A DNA stretch of 64,000 bases, taken from the human T2T-CHM13v2.0 reference genome, Homo sapiens. The position numbers were made by a program, and so were the translations under genes. Shown piece after piece: positions 1 through 14,200 of this stretch (the first letter of the stretch is position 1; each line of letters opens with the position of its first letter). The notes beneath the pieces were generated by a model that worked only from the letters and a program-made list of their open reading frames with translations, did not search any database and had not been told where the DNA came from. The DNA lies in the NCBI RefSeq assembly GCF_009914755.1, contig NC_060938.1; one strand, 5' to 3'.

Positions 1-28
1 GCACACGCACACACACTTGCACACTCGC
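1..28. repeat. Imperfect (CA)n microsatellite (cut by window edge)
   Basis: gcacacgcacacacacttgcacactcgc. Confidence 0.6.
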
Positions 29-139
29 AAAGAATTTTAGAGGCAGAAATCTTAAGGGCTCCTTTTTATGGAATCCTCTTTATTACAACTTCTAGTCTAT
101 TGAAAGTAGACCTGGAGTTTGTGTTTACTGTTCTTTTAC

Positions 140-997
140 TATCTCCTACTCCTCGTCTGAGCTATAGATGCCTATATCCAACTGTCTGTGTGAAATCTTC
201 TCTCCTTATCTCTACTCTCTGATGCCTGCTCATTCCTTACTCTTCTCCAACTTGAAAAATGATATACCCGTCTGCCCAGTTTCTCAAACCGTGGTTCCTC
301 TCTTCCTTTGTCCTGTCTGATCCATCCATTCAGTTTAAGAGCGAGCTCTAATGACTCTCCCTATCAATTTCACCTGAGTCCTGATTCACACCATCCCCAT
401 TACTCTCATCAGCCCCCAAGTCACCATTGTCTCCCTTTCTGTTTTCTTCTTGCTCCCTTACGATCCTTTCTCCACACCACAACCACAGTTACCTTTCGGA
501 AAAGTCAATCAAATTACGTCATTCTCCTGCATGACTCCCTCATCCTGCCCTTAATGGTCGCCCAGTGAACTCAGAATAAAATCCACACATCTGACTGTGG
601 CTGCACCCTCTCACTCACTCGCTCAGTAGCCCGTATCTCTAGGAGACCATGGCCCTTTCTTCTCTGGAGCTTTTGTACTTTTTGCCCCTACTATCAGGAA
701 GATGCTTCCCATCCAATTTCAACTCAGCTGCTGCTTCTTGCCATTCAGGTTTCAGCTGTAACCTCCTCAGGGAGGCAGATCCTGATCACCAATCTAAAGG
801 AGTGCTCCTGTTCCTGGTACCTTCTATCATTTCACCTTTATAGCACCAATCACCATTTTAAATGATTTGTTTACTTGCTCGCTACTTGTTTCTCCATGAC
901 ATCACCTTGCCTGTCCTGTTCACTGCTGTATACTCCAGAACTGAACACTGGACATGGTACACAGCCTCCTAGTAAATACTGGTTGAACAACTGAATA
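140..997 (+). mobile_element. LINE-2 3' fragment
   Basis: Pyrimidine-rich L2 body ending in an L2-type tail (actgctgtatactccagaac...tagtaaatactggttgaacaactgaat); boundaries approximate. Confidence 0.7.
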
Positions 998-3565
998 TAG
1001 GTGAGGGATTTTAAGATGACAGCCAACTGGGGATTTTCTAGCTGGTTTCTGGAGCGCCTCTAGAGAGTACCTTGTCAACTTGCAAAAATCAGAATTCAAT
1101 TATTTAAAAATATCCGGCGTTTAACCGATCAGTAAAAAATACCTGAACCACTGTCACATAAAATAAATCTGTAATCACATAAAATAAACCTGTAAAATGA
1201 GAGAGACAGAGAGACTGCACTTTCATAGAATTAAATCCTTTAATGGACAAGAAACAATTTTATTGCCTTTATCAGTGTCCTAGTGTTTTCATTGCCATTA
1301 ATCTTTGGCATTTTACTCTATAAGGCTGAGGACAGGTTACATATGAAGCATCTTTTCACAGTTAGCCGGGTAGACCTTGAAGTATAACACAGAAGTGAAA
1401 ATAGTGTGCTATTCTTGCTGTGGATAAATTATTTTTCACCCCACGGACTTAAACTACCATTAGAGGCACCTCAAAACACAAAGTGAGAATACTAACTTTT
1501 CTTTTTATAGCAATGTAAACTGAGGTAAGAAAGTGAAATAGTATTTTTAAGCATCTTTCATTAATCTGCTTTTCTAAGAATATCAAATTATCTGTAAGAT
1601 TCACTTTCAACTCCTATACTAATCCTTAGATAACATATTTTCCCCATGAAGAATAACAATTCCTTCCTTTTGGGCTTATTTATTTTAACAAACATTATGT
1701 TTTCAAACAGTTTTAGATTTACAGGAAATTTACAATCTGCATTTATTTTTAAAATCTGGTTTGGAGACACCAACTCCACAAAGATGAAACATTTTAGTCT
1801 TAAAAAACTAGAGATTTCTAGAAGTCATCAGATTACTATGGACCTCAGTGAAATCTGGTCTGGTCCCAGTCCTGGGATGTGATGGCTGTATCCTGGAGTT
1901 GTGTTCCTTTAGTCTAAAAGGAGCTATACATAGTGACTAGTGGTCAGTTGCCACTTTTGAAAAGCAAAAATGACAGTTTCAAAAGCTGACATTATGAGTC
2001 CCTTACTAAGCCCCCACTGTCTACAGGCTGAAGGTAATGGAATCCAAGTCTTCTAAAAGAGTGTCCTGACTCACGGCCATAACTTCCAGCAAGCCAGGAT
2101 AAATTTGGTAGTGATCATGCCTTTAAATAATGGATTTCTGTGTTCCTATTTCCAATGGCAATATAAACTTACAATTTATACATTTCTTCCCTTCTTCCTG
2201 GCAGAAGGAATCTACCTTTTCTTGAATTGACCTGAACTACACAAAGCTGACATAAATTACTTCTTAAAACAAACTTTCATTAATGCTGGATCACTTCAGA
2301 GACCACAAATTATGCAGTATTTTCCCATTTCCTTTGTTTTTTCCACGGTCAATGATTCTATGCTTTAGTTTGGTCACAGTTTGACAGGGCATCTAAGTCA
2401 GCAGAATGAATGCCTTAGCATCTACAGCTTCAACGAAAGGGCCTCACTCAGTACAAATTCTGACTAGAGTAAGGAGCTGACTGTTCTGTGGGCCCAGAAA
2501 CTCATGTCTGCCTAAGGACCTATGACTATCCACTCCCTATATCTCTATACAGATCTAAACTGCTCCAAACTCCAAACCCCAGCTTTCATGTTCCACCTGA
2601 GACTTAACAAAAAAATTAGACATTTACTAGTCAGACATTAAAGCTGGGGTTTTCTCAGTAACACTTGTCTTTGTAAGAATCATTTTTAGCCAGTGTATAT
2701 ACACATATCAAATAATACCAAAGGGTTACATAGAAAAACAGGAGTTTCTTGTCCTACCTCTCCGAATTCCACAATCCCACTCCCCAGAGTCAGCTATGAT
2801 CACCTCTTCCAGTTTTATTTTCTGTATTTATTTCATTTTTGTAAAACATGGAGAAGCCTATATTGCTATTTTCTGATTTATATTTTTAGACATTATCCAC
2901 ACCCACCCCCTTCTCTTCACCCCATACTCCCAATATAGTTACATATGAGCTTTTAGTTATATGACTGTTTACATTATTATGACTAAATATGGCTCATGAA
3001 AACATAGTAAGGATACTATGACATTTCTCTTCTTGTTCATTTTTTCCTCCTGGGTTTATTAATTGACTCTTGTTTTAATTTTATTTCTTTTTATTTGCTC
3101 TTTCTCTGTGACCATCTTGCTTCTAAGTGCTCAGTTAGATCTGCCATATGTCCACTAGTAGTCTTTTTTTTTTTAAGTGTTCAATCGTATCAGATATCTA
3201 TTAGCTTTTTGTTTGTTTCCTGCAAATTTTCTGGATAGAATCTTTCCTTTCTTCCTTCAGTGTGGCAGAATTGAAAAACATGAGTGTCCAGATAAAAAGT
3301 AGCTAGAAGAATAAATAAAACAAGACCCACACTGAGGCACATCATCACAAACTCACTGGGGTGAAAGAGAAGATCCTAAAAGTTCCTGGAGCGAGGAGTA
3401 GAAAGGATGTGGTAGGGTAGGAAGGAGGCGCAGAAGATGACTTCAAAGGAGTGACAGTCTTTATCTACGAATGAAGGATTTTTCAACAACAACATTGGAT
3501 TTTGGAGGATAATTGTTCAATGACTTCAGAGAGAGAAAATCATTTTCAACTAGAATTTTATATAA

Positions 3566-3893
<328 letters not shown>

Positions 3894-3917
3894 ACCTCCT
3901 TTTCTTTGGTGTGCTCT

Positions 3918-4392
3918 TGAGGTAGGAGGTGGGACTAGACTCCAAAGGCAGGGCTTCGACACCTGCCCAAATTGAGGACTAGCTAAAATGGGTCTCAAGC
4001 AGAAGCACCTCTCCATAAGACACGTCCACAAGTGTGCCTGTCAGTTTATCATTGCCACGGCAACACGACACACCTGTCGCCATTTTCCTGGCGAAAACCC
4101 AACAACCTGGAAGTTACCACCCTCATCCCAGAAATTTCTGCATAAGTTGCTCTTTAATTTGCATATAATTAAAAGTGGTTATAACTGTGAGTGCAGAACT
4201 GCTTCTGAGCTGCTGCTCTGGGCACACTGCCTATGGGGTAGGCCTGGTTTGCAAGGAGCAGGACCTCTGCTGCTGCTGTACACTGCCGCTTCAATAAAAA
4301 CTGCTGCTAACACCACCGGCTTGCCCTTGAATTCTTCCCTGGGTGAAGCCAAGGACTAAGCCTCAATTTTGGGGCTTGCTTGTCCTGCATTA
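3918..4392 (+). mobile_element. Solo ERV1 LTR, MER66B-like
   Basis: Starts TGAGGTAGGAGG, AATAAA at 4293-4298, ends cctgcatta; 4-bp TSD CTCT (3914-3917/4393-4396). Subfamily from memory. Confidence 0.8.
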
Positions 4393-6309
4393 CTCTCATA
4401 AAAGAAAAGAGTGAAACAAGAAAGAGGAAGGTATAGGATCTGGGCACACGGGCATCAATATAGGAAAAGAGTGAAGGACAATCTCAGGATGGCTGCTGTG
4501 CAGTGGGTGTTTGTTGGGTGGGCCTGGCCACTCCTGGCCTCTTGTTCTGTTTTCTCTGTTCTCTCAAGACGCACATGAATCATCTATTGCCCCTCCTGAA
4601 TTGCTTTTCTAAAAATTTTATCTTTTCTCTCTATTGTCTCATTCTTTTTCTTTTTCTTCTCCTTTCTTTGTGGTTATTTCACATTGTTTTCCACCTTTCT
4701 GGTTTTCTTTACTCTTTATGGCAATCATATTTTAAAATTCTGACACCGCTTAGTCTGTGTCCCTTTTTCATAGTATTTTGCTCTTGTTAAATGTAGTGGA
4801 TTTAATATTTTCTCTTATCTCTCAAAGGGTATTAATGATATTCTTTAAAACATCCTCTGTTCCCTGTATTACTCATTTGCCGTAAGTTCTGTTTTCCTCT
4901 TTGTTGGTCTCATCTCTTCTTTTTAATTCTTCAATTTAAAGGGAGATTAAAGAAAAATTACAGGACAATTTCTGTAACTGAGCTGAAATTTTGCTACAAA
5001 AAATGAAGTATTCAGGGTAATCCTAATGTTTCTCACTGCTAATGTGCCCCATTATTAAAAACAGAAAACTTAAGGCTTATCAGAAAAGCAAATAAGAATG
5101 TTTTCTAGAAATAATTATAATTCAATTACTTGAAAGTAATTAATGATAAGGTAGCTAGGATTAAATTTTTTAAAGTATTTTTGAAAATATGGGGATAGGT
5201 CTGGGAAGAAAATCATAAAACAAACTTGTACACAAGAAAAATAGTAAAACAAGACTATGGATTAATCAGTTAATTAATTTACTAATTAATTAAACTAATG
5301 AAGAGTTTTACTTTTTAGGTTAAATTTTTCAGTTAGATTTTACAATGTAAACTATAATAAATGTTTTCTTTTTCAAATTATGCTCTTGATGATATATTTT
5401 CCTATTTAACTTTATTTCCTTTTCAGCCAGTGTATATCTATAGAAACCTATAGTTGCTTGTGAGAAATATATCTTAGAGAAATGACCACAATTGGTCATG
5501 AAATGCTAGTGTTGAAACCTAAATACAGGTTCTTTCACTGCCTATCATAGTACTAAATACAATTCCAAAATCTTGATGTTTTCCATTTAATGTCTTCTAA
5601 CCACTTCCCTCTAGGTGCATTTCTAGAAAGGCTTATGAAGGTCATAATGGCAAAAGTAACAGCAGTATAACAATCTGTTTTCACATTATGATGCTGTTTA
5701 TCTCCAGGCTCTTGAATGTCTGACTAATTGGGACACTGTGATGTTTCATGGTGTGAAGTCCCTACTTCCACCTCCATGCTTGTTTATATTAGAAGGACTT
5801 GGAGAAAGTTTTCCATTGCTAAATATGAAAGAAAAAAAATTTGGCCTATGTGTATATCAAATTCTGAGGTGCCATAACCAACTTGAGGTCCATATTGAAG
5901 GGTGGTTCTTGGCTTATGTAGATACAAAATCACTTGGGAAAATGATTAGGACAGGAAGACAAAATGCTCAGCATTTAGACTAAAATAATCATGAAATAAT
6001 GAAAAACCACACCACTTATCAGAAATCGATAAATATTTATTCAATGAATCCATGAATATAAACCAGCAAAAATAAGAGTTATCACCTTTGGATTTGACCT
6101 ACTTCCTAGTGGCTTATTTTGGCATTTTATTTTACAGCAATATAGCTATATTAAATGACAGAATTATCAAATTTAATGTATAACCCTACAGGCCCATGGT
6201 AAACTGAAGAGCAAAATTATTACCTAAATAAAAATCCATTAAATAACATTTGGATCCCAATAGTTTAGATAAATGTGGACTTAACAAAAACAACTTATAT
6301 GTATATTAA

Positions 6310-6580
6310 TTGAATATTAGTTGAGTATTTACTATTTGCCAACTACTATATAGAGTGCCAAGGAAACAGTGGTGAACAAAACAGGCACTCCTCCTATCCT
6401 CAAGATATAAAGAAAAATTGTAGCACACTGTGGGTGCTCATAACAGAGACTACACTTCAAACTGTGAAGCTTCTTTAAGGAAATTACATATAAGCTGAAA
6501 CTTGAAGACCACATATAGGAAGGAAGGGAGACGGCAGGGATAGATCGTGGCAGATGGCATTTTGGGCCAATGGACTCATA
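6310..6580 (-). mobile_element. LINE-2 fragment
   Basis: Antisense L2 tail motifs (ttgagtatttactatttgcca...acagtggtgaacaaaacaggc). Confidence 0.6.
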
Positions 6581-7041
6581 CCTTGTTGATATTGATGATG
6601 ACATTTATCAAGATTCACAGAGTGAAATCTAGCAGTAATAGTATTCTTACTCTTTGTACAAGATTACATATTTCTCAACATTTATATGCAAAGAACTTCA
6701 ATTTTTTGATAATTTGAATTTTATTATAAAATAACTTTCTTTACTCATTCATCCATAGTTACTGGCAATCTCCAAACGAAAAATTTGCCTAATTAAGATT
6801 TTCACCTTGGGTGGTTATTTAAGTTATTCTGAGAAGCGTAAAGTCTAAAAAGGAGGGATTCTACATATTTTTAGTAAACTGTGTACTATTATGAATATCC
6901 TTGAACATTTTTTGTATGATTCATGAGGATTTTCTCAGACTTATGAATATTACTATCATATACTGGCCTTAAACTAATTTTCCCATGTGTTGCATTTTCT
7001 TAAATCTAATTTAAAAATGGGTACAAGACTTCATTACTTAC

Positions 7042-7150
7042 AGTTCACGTATGAAAATCTTGGACTAGACAGGAAGCGACTGTGATCCTGCCAAGAGGAT
7101 GAGTGATCTAACCCACGAGTGTGGGAACCTTCCAGAAAGGTTCTGTCACC
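7042..7150 (-). CDS. CEP128: CEP128 penultimate coding exon, 109 nt (GDRTFLEGSHTRGLDHSSSWQDHSRFLSSPRFSYVN+T), phase 0/1
   Basis: Minus strand: ttttttttccttag|GGTGACAGA...GTGAACT|gtaagt; open frame. Confidence 0.94.
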
Positions 7151-7299
7151 CTAAGGAAAAAAAGGCACAGCATTTCAATGATTACACAAGGTATGGACCA
7201 AGGCTCATTTAAACGTACTGAAGCTGAAATTAAATCTTAATATACAAGCTATGTTGTACATGCACAATTTAATATAATTATAATCACTGTAAAAATAAA

Positions 7300-7900
7300 A
7301 TATGTGCATGTTAAGGATAATTTGGAAAAAAGAAGAAATCACCCATTGCTATAGCAACATGACATATTTCTTTCCAGTCTTTTTCCCCCATGAATAGAAT
7401 TTATAAAACTTTGTGTTTAACTTAAACTTATGCTATAAACATTTTTGAAGTCATTATTTATCCTAACCTTTAGCTTATGAGTTACTCTTATACTATCTAG
7501 TGGATATACTATGTTTTACTCAGCCATATTTTATTGGCATTTAGGTGGCTTCCCAATGTTTTACTCATATACATAACACTGTGAGAAATATCTTTAAACT
7601 TATAACCTTTTCCATATTTAGGACTATTCCTTATGACAAATTCTTATGAAAAAATACTGGGTCAATAAAAATAATTGGATGTTTTAAAATACATTTAGCT
7701 AGACTGCTTTCTAGATTATATTCGTCTTCTCACTCATTTAATAAATATTTACTAAATGAAAATGAACCCAGAAAAGGTCCTTCTCCTCATGTATTATATG
7801 AATGTGTCCTTCTCCACTTCTTTCAGCTATAACTTTAAATAATTTTACTAATAAAATAGATTTAAAATACGTGTTTAATATACTTTCCTTTGATAAACAG
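7300..7900 (-). mobile_element. Old L1ME-like 3' fragment
   Basis: ggcatttaggtggcttccc...ataacactgtgagaaatatc, typical of antisense L1M 3' region; boundaries approximate. Confidence 0.45.
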
Positions 7901-7969
7901 TAAAACTGTACTTTCTTCCCATGAACGCTTCCTACTTATTTACTGTACTTGTGGTTTTTTTCCTTCTTT

Positions 7970-8690
7970 CACTCATTCATTCATTCATTCACAATAATTT
8001 ATTGGGCACCTACTATGTGCTAGGCTAAGAGAAAGCAAGACATTGGGGTCTACAGTCAGAAAGCCTTCAGGCTTGCAGAAGAGAAAGGCATTAAACAAAT
8101 AAATGATATAATAAAAACTGTAAGTGCTATAAAAACAGGTAATAACAGGAAGAACCAAGTTTAGATTTAGGATTCAGATAAGACCCCTCTGGGAGGTGAC
8201 AGTTAAGGCAATATTTGAATGTTGAATATGAATCCACGAAATCAGCCAGGCGAAAATGTATTGGTGGGGCATGAGAAAGCAGAAGGTAAGGAGAAGGATC
8301 AGGGAGGGCAGTCAGGGAATGATGTTCCAGACTCAAGTAAGTGTGGAGGTGAGAAAGAGTTTGGTGTGTCTGAAGAACTGGAGGAAGACCCCACAGCTTA
8401 GGTACACTGAGCCTGGGGGAAGCGATTACAGTGAGGTCCAGGGCCATGCTCAGGATTTGAAACTCTTTTTTTTTTTTTTTTTTAAGTACAATCAGAAGGC
8501 AATCAGGAGTTTAAAGGAGAAGGATGACAAGCTTTGATTTATTTTTTTTTTTTTTCAAAGATCACTTGGGCCTCTGTTTGGAGAATGAATTGAAGCAGCA
8601 CAGGATTGAAGGATGAATATCAGTTAAGACCATAACTGAGGATAACAGCAGGGTTCTAGGGAGATGAAAGAATCAAGAAATGTTGGCAAA
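7970..8690 (-). mobile_element. LINE-2 3' fragment
   Basis: (ttca)n-aataatttattgggcacctactatgtgctaggc tail followed by purine-rich L2 body. Confidence 0.8.
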
Positions 8691-8976
8691 AATTCCATAT
8701 CTGTGGGTTAGGTGGCCCAGAAAGATTTCTCAAAATATGGTCCCAACATGGAGTAAGGCCTCGTGTAACATGACCATCTGATGAATTAGCCATCCTTCTC
8801 TTTACCAAGTACCGACTTTATATTTTATTTCTGTGTCACATACAATGTACGTAAGTGCAAAAGAAAGGGCAAACATTTTAAAAATATTTTCAACAGGTCC
8901 ATATATTTTGAGCCAAAGGCACGAACATAATCCTCAGGTGGTTCAAGATCATTAGCTTTCATGTTCCAAAGGGAGA

Positions 8977-9366
8977 TGATATAGTTAGGGTATTTTCCCA
9001 TGCCCCAATCTCATGTTGAAGTGTACTCCCCAGTGTTGGAGATGGGGCCTGCTGGGAGGTGGTTGGGTCATGGAGGTGGATCCCTCATGGCTTGGTGCCG
9101 TCCTTGCAATAGTGAGGGAGCAACCAGGGAGATCTGGTTGTTTAAGTGTGTGGCACCTCCCCTCAGCTCTTGCTGCTGCTTTTGCCATGTGAAGTGCCTG
9201 TGCCCGCTTCACCTTCTGCCATGAGTAAAAGTTCCCTGAGGCCTCCCCAAAGCCAAGCAGATGCCGGTATCATGCCTGTATAGCCTGCAGAACCGTGAGC
9301 CAATTTCTTCGTAAATTACCCAGGCTCAGGTATTTCTTTACAGCAACACAAGATCAGACTAATACA
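8977..9366 (+). mobile_element. Solo MaLR LTR, MSTA-like
   Basis: tgatatagtt...aatctcatgttgaa...agactaataca; 5-bp TSD ggaga/ggagg. Confidence 0.88.
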
Positions 9367-10041
9367 GGAGGTTAGCTAGATTTAAGATGAAGACCCTGAA
9401 GTTTTTAACCAAGGGATTTTCAATTTTCACTAATTATGGGAATTTCATAAGAAACTCGAAGTCATTCACTGCAGGATCTCTGGAAAGGAAAGGATATACA
9501 TTATGCCCCAAATGTATTCCAACAAGTACTTTAGAATGAGCTGACATTGGGCAACTAGAGGCAGGTAAACTAGCTACTGTAGTTCAGATGTGACATACTA
9601 CAGGTGTGGCTGAAATTGCAAGATGTATAGATGGAGAAGAGGGTTATGATTTCAACCAATGCTAGAAATCTCCACTGAATCATGGTTTTGATATAAATCA
9701 TGGTTTTGAAAGAGAAAAGCATAATAAATGGTTTCCCACTAAAAGATGCTTTGATGATTAGAGGCCAATAAGGGGAAAGCAAACACACACTTTTACTCAC
9801 TAACGCCACAACTGAGACAGACAGTGAGAGGACAGGAGTAGAGACACAGGTTTGAGTATCTTGTTGAAACAGATGGTGTAATGGTGGCCTCAAAATGCGC
9901 CTACCAGAGGAAGGATGAATTAAACAAAGATATTTAAATACTATTCATTCTTCCTAAAAGGCATGGTTTTAAATTTCTAAAAAAAAGTCAACTGGCATCA
10001 AAGCATTGGTTATATATTTTCTATTTAGGGAAAAATAATAA

Positions 10042-10360
<319 letters not shown>

Positions 10361-10987
10361 TAATGATGAAGCCAGTTACTTGGCATATGATAGTCAAAAT
10401 ATGGCACTGACATATTTCATTCTAGCAAATTTAAAAACTATGGAAAAATTCAGGAGAAAAATTATTCAACAAATATTTTAAAATAAAAACTTATTAGCAT
10501 AATTTAAGGATACATTTTCCCAGGTCTTACTTATAAATATCTATTTGTATGGAGATCACCTTCGTTGATGATTTCGTTTCCTATTTTTTCATGGGAATTT
10601 TCTCTATCATGATCATCATTATCATTATTAGGGTTATATAGTATTTTATTTTACTAATTTCCTATTGTTCAAAATTTACAATTGATTCCAGTATTCTCTG
10701 TTATAAATAATCATTTGATAAACATCTTGGTACAAAAACTTTTGTCCATATTTTTATGTATTTAACATAAATTCCTAGAATTGAAATTACTGAATGATAC
10801 ATTTTAAGGCTTTTAAAAATATCATTTTCATTTCAGTTGAAAAATTTACTGGTAGAGTAATTCATAACATTTACTAAACATATGTTGTCAAAAATTATTT
10901 AAAAACTTTTTATGGGTACAGCACAGTTGTATATATTTATGGAGTACATGAGGTATTTTGATACAGGCATACAGAGTGCAATAATCC

Positions 10988-11282
10988 TGTATTAATCTGA
11001 TTTCACACTGTGATAAAGAACTACTGGAGACTGGGTAGTTTATGAAGAAAAAGGGTTTAATTGACTCACTGTTCCGGATGGCTGGGGAGGTGTCAGAAAA
11101 CTTACAATCATGGCGGAAGGAGAAGGGGAAGTAAGGACCTACTTCACATGGCACCAGGAGAGAGCGAGCATGGGAAACTGCCACTTTGAAAACCATCAGA
11201 TCTTGTGAGAACTCCCTCACTATCACAAGAACAGCATGGGGAAAACAACCCCCATGATCCAATGACCTCCCATTTGGTCCCT
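10988..11282 (-). mobile_element. THE1 (C/D-like) MaLR LTR, 5'-truncated, nested in L1
   Basis: tgtattaatctgatttcacactg...aaaccatcagatcttgtgagaactc...cccccatgatccaatgacctccca. Confidence 0.85.
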
Positions 11283-14200
11283 GTATACCTAGAAGTGAGA
11301 TACCTAGCTGGATCATATGGTAGTTCTATTTTTAGTTTTTTGAAACTCCTCCATACTGTTCTCTACAGTGGCTGTACTAATATACATTCCAACCAACAGT
11401 GTATGGGGGTTCCCCTTTCTCCACATCCTTGCTAGCATTTGTTATTGCCTGTCTTTTGGGTTAAAAGCCACTTTAACTGAGGTGAGATGATATCTCAGAG
11501 TTGTGATTTACATTTCTCAATGATCTTGAGCCCATTTCCTACACCTGTTTGCCATTTGTATATCTTCTTTTGAGAAATGACTATCCAGATCTTTTGCCTG
11601 TTTTAAAATCAAATTATTAGATTTTTTTCCCTATGGAGTTGTTTGAGTTCCTTATGTATTACAGTTATTAATCCCTTATTAGATGGATAGTTTGCAAAAA
11701 CTTTCCCCCATTCTGTGGGTTGTCTTTTCATGTGGCTGATTGTTTTCTTTAATGTGCAGAATCTTTTTAACTTTATGTGATCCCAGCTCTCCAGCTTTGG
11801 TTGCCTGTACTTCTGGGGTATTCCTCAAAGTCTTTGCACGATCCAATATCCTGGAGAGTTTCTTTTTTCTTATAGTAGTTTCATAATTTGAGGTCATCTA
11901 TGGCTTTAATCCATTTTGATTTGAATTTTATATATGATAAGAGGTATACATTCTAGTTTCATTTTTCTGCATATGAATATCCAGTTTTTACAGTAATATT
12001 TATCAAAGAGACTGTCTTTTCCCCAGTGTATGTTCTTGGAAACTGTCAAAAATAAGTTCACTGTAAATGTACAGATTTTTTTCTGGGCTCTCTATTCTGT
12101 TCCATTGGTCTATGTGTCTGTTTTTATGCCAGCAACATGCTCTTTTGGTTACTATAGCTCTGTAGTATAATTTGAAGTCAGGTAATGTGATTCCTCCAGC
12201 TTGGTTCTTTTTGCTCAGGATGGCTTTGGCTATTCTGGGTCTTGTGGTTCTACAAAAACTTTTGGATAGTTTTTTCTATTTCCATGAAGAATGTCATTGA
12301 TCTTTTCATAGGGGTTGCACTGAATTTGTAGATTGCTTTGGGTAGTATGGACATTTTAACAATATTCTTACAATCCATGACCATAAAATATCTTTCCATT
12401 TTTTTGTATGTGTCCTCTTCAATTTCTTATATCAATGTTTTATAGTTTTCATTGTAGAGATCTTTCACTACTTTGGTTATGTCTATTCCTAGGTATCTTC
12501 TTTGCGGGTATTGTAAATAGGATTCCTTTTTTTGATTTCTTTTTCACATCGTCCACTGTTGGCATATAAAAATGCTACTAATTTTTGTATGTAGGTTTTG
12601 TATCCTTCAAATTTACTGAATTGGTTTATCAGTTCTAATAGCTTCTCAGTACCAGTAGAAGATCATATCATCAGCAAACAAGAATAATTGACTTCTTCCT
12701 TTCCAATTTGGATGCCCCTTATTTCTTTCTCTTCTCTGATTGCTCTAACTAGGACTTCCAAGGCTATGTTTAATAGCTAGTGAAAGTGGGCATCCTTGTC
12801 TTGTTACAGATCTTAGAGGAAGGGTTTTCAGTTGTTCCTCATTCAGTATGATACTAGCTGTGGGCCTGTCATATATAACTTTTATGGTGTTGAGATATGT
12901 TCCTTTTAAAATCCCTCTAAAACCTGAGTTTTTTGAGGGGTTTTTTTTTTATCATGAAGGATGTTTATCAAATGCTTTTTCAATATCAATTGAAATGATC
13001 ATATGGATTTTGTCCTTCATTCTATTGCTATGATGTATGACACTGGTGGATGTGTGTATGTTAAACCATGTTTGCATCCCTGGGCTATTATGAATAATCT
13101 TTTTAATAGATTATTGAATTTGGTTTGCTGGTATTTTGTTGAAGATTTTTTTCATCAATGTTCATCAGAGATATTGGCCTGTGGGTTTTTTTTTTTCCTT
13201 TTTTTTGTTTATATGTCTTCTTCTGGATTTGGTATCAGGGTAATACTGGCCTCATAGAATGAGTTTGGGAGTATTCCCTCCTCCTCTATTCTTTGAAATA
13301 GGTTGAGTAAGATTGGTATTAGTTCTTTAAGTGTTTGTTAGAATTCAGCAGTGAAGCCATCAGGTCCCAGGCTTTTCTTTGCTGGGAACCTTTTTATCAT
13401 GGCTTCGATCTCATTACTTGTTATTGGCCTATTCAGGTTTTGGATTATTTTCCATGGTTCAATCTTAGTAGGTTGTATGTGTCCAGAATGTATCCATTTT
13501 ATCTAAGCTTTCCTATTTATTGGCATATAATTACTCATTGAAGTCTCTGATGATCCTCTCTGCAGTATCAGGTGGAAATTAGCCTCCATTTTCCTCTCAG
13601 ATTTTATTTATTTGGGTCTTTTCTCTGTTTTTCTTATTCTGGGTAAAGGTTTGTCAATTTCATCTTTTCAAAAAAACAACTTTTTGTTTAGTTGATATTT
13701 TGTATTTTTTTCATTTCACTTTCATTTATATCTACTCTGATCTTCATTATTTTTCTTCTACTAATTTTGAGTTTAGTTTTCTCTTGCTTTCTGTTTCTTT
13801 AAGATGCATCACTCAGTTTTTTATTTGAAGTTCTTCTGCTTTTTTGATGTAGGCATTTATTGCTATAAACTTTCCTCTTCGTACTGCTTTTGCTGTACCC
13901 CAGAGGTTTTGATATGCTATGCTTCCATTTTCATTTGTTTCAAGTAATTTTTAAATTTCTCTTAGTTTCTTTATTGATCCACTGGTCATTCAAGAGCATA
14001 CTGTTTAATTTCCATGTGTTTGTATAGCTTCCAAATTGATTTCTAGTTTTATTCCCTTGCAGTCAGAGAAGATACTTGGTTTTTCAATTTTTTTGAATTT
14101 TTAAAGAACTGTTTTGTGCCAAAACATATGGTCTATCCTTGTCAATGATCCATGTGCTGAGGAGAAGAATGTCTTCTGCAACCACTGGATGAAATGTTCT

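Noticed and set aside
5260-5300. AT-rich quasi-palindrome (ttaattaa repeats)
   Set aside because: Low complexity; self-complementarity follows from composition.
8219-8537. Charged, protein-like ORFs (MLNMNPRNQPGE..., MYWWGMRKQK...)
   Set aside because: Purine-rich antisense L2 sequence gives E/K/G-rich translations by composition.
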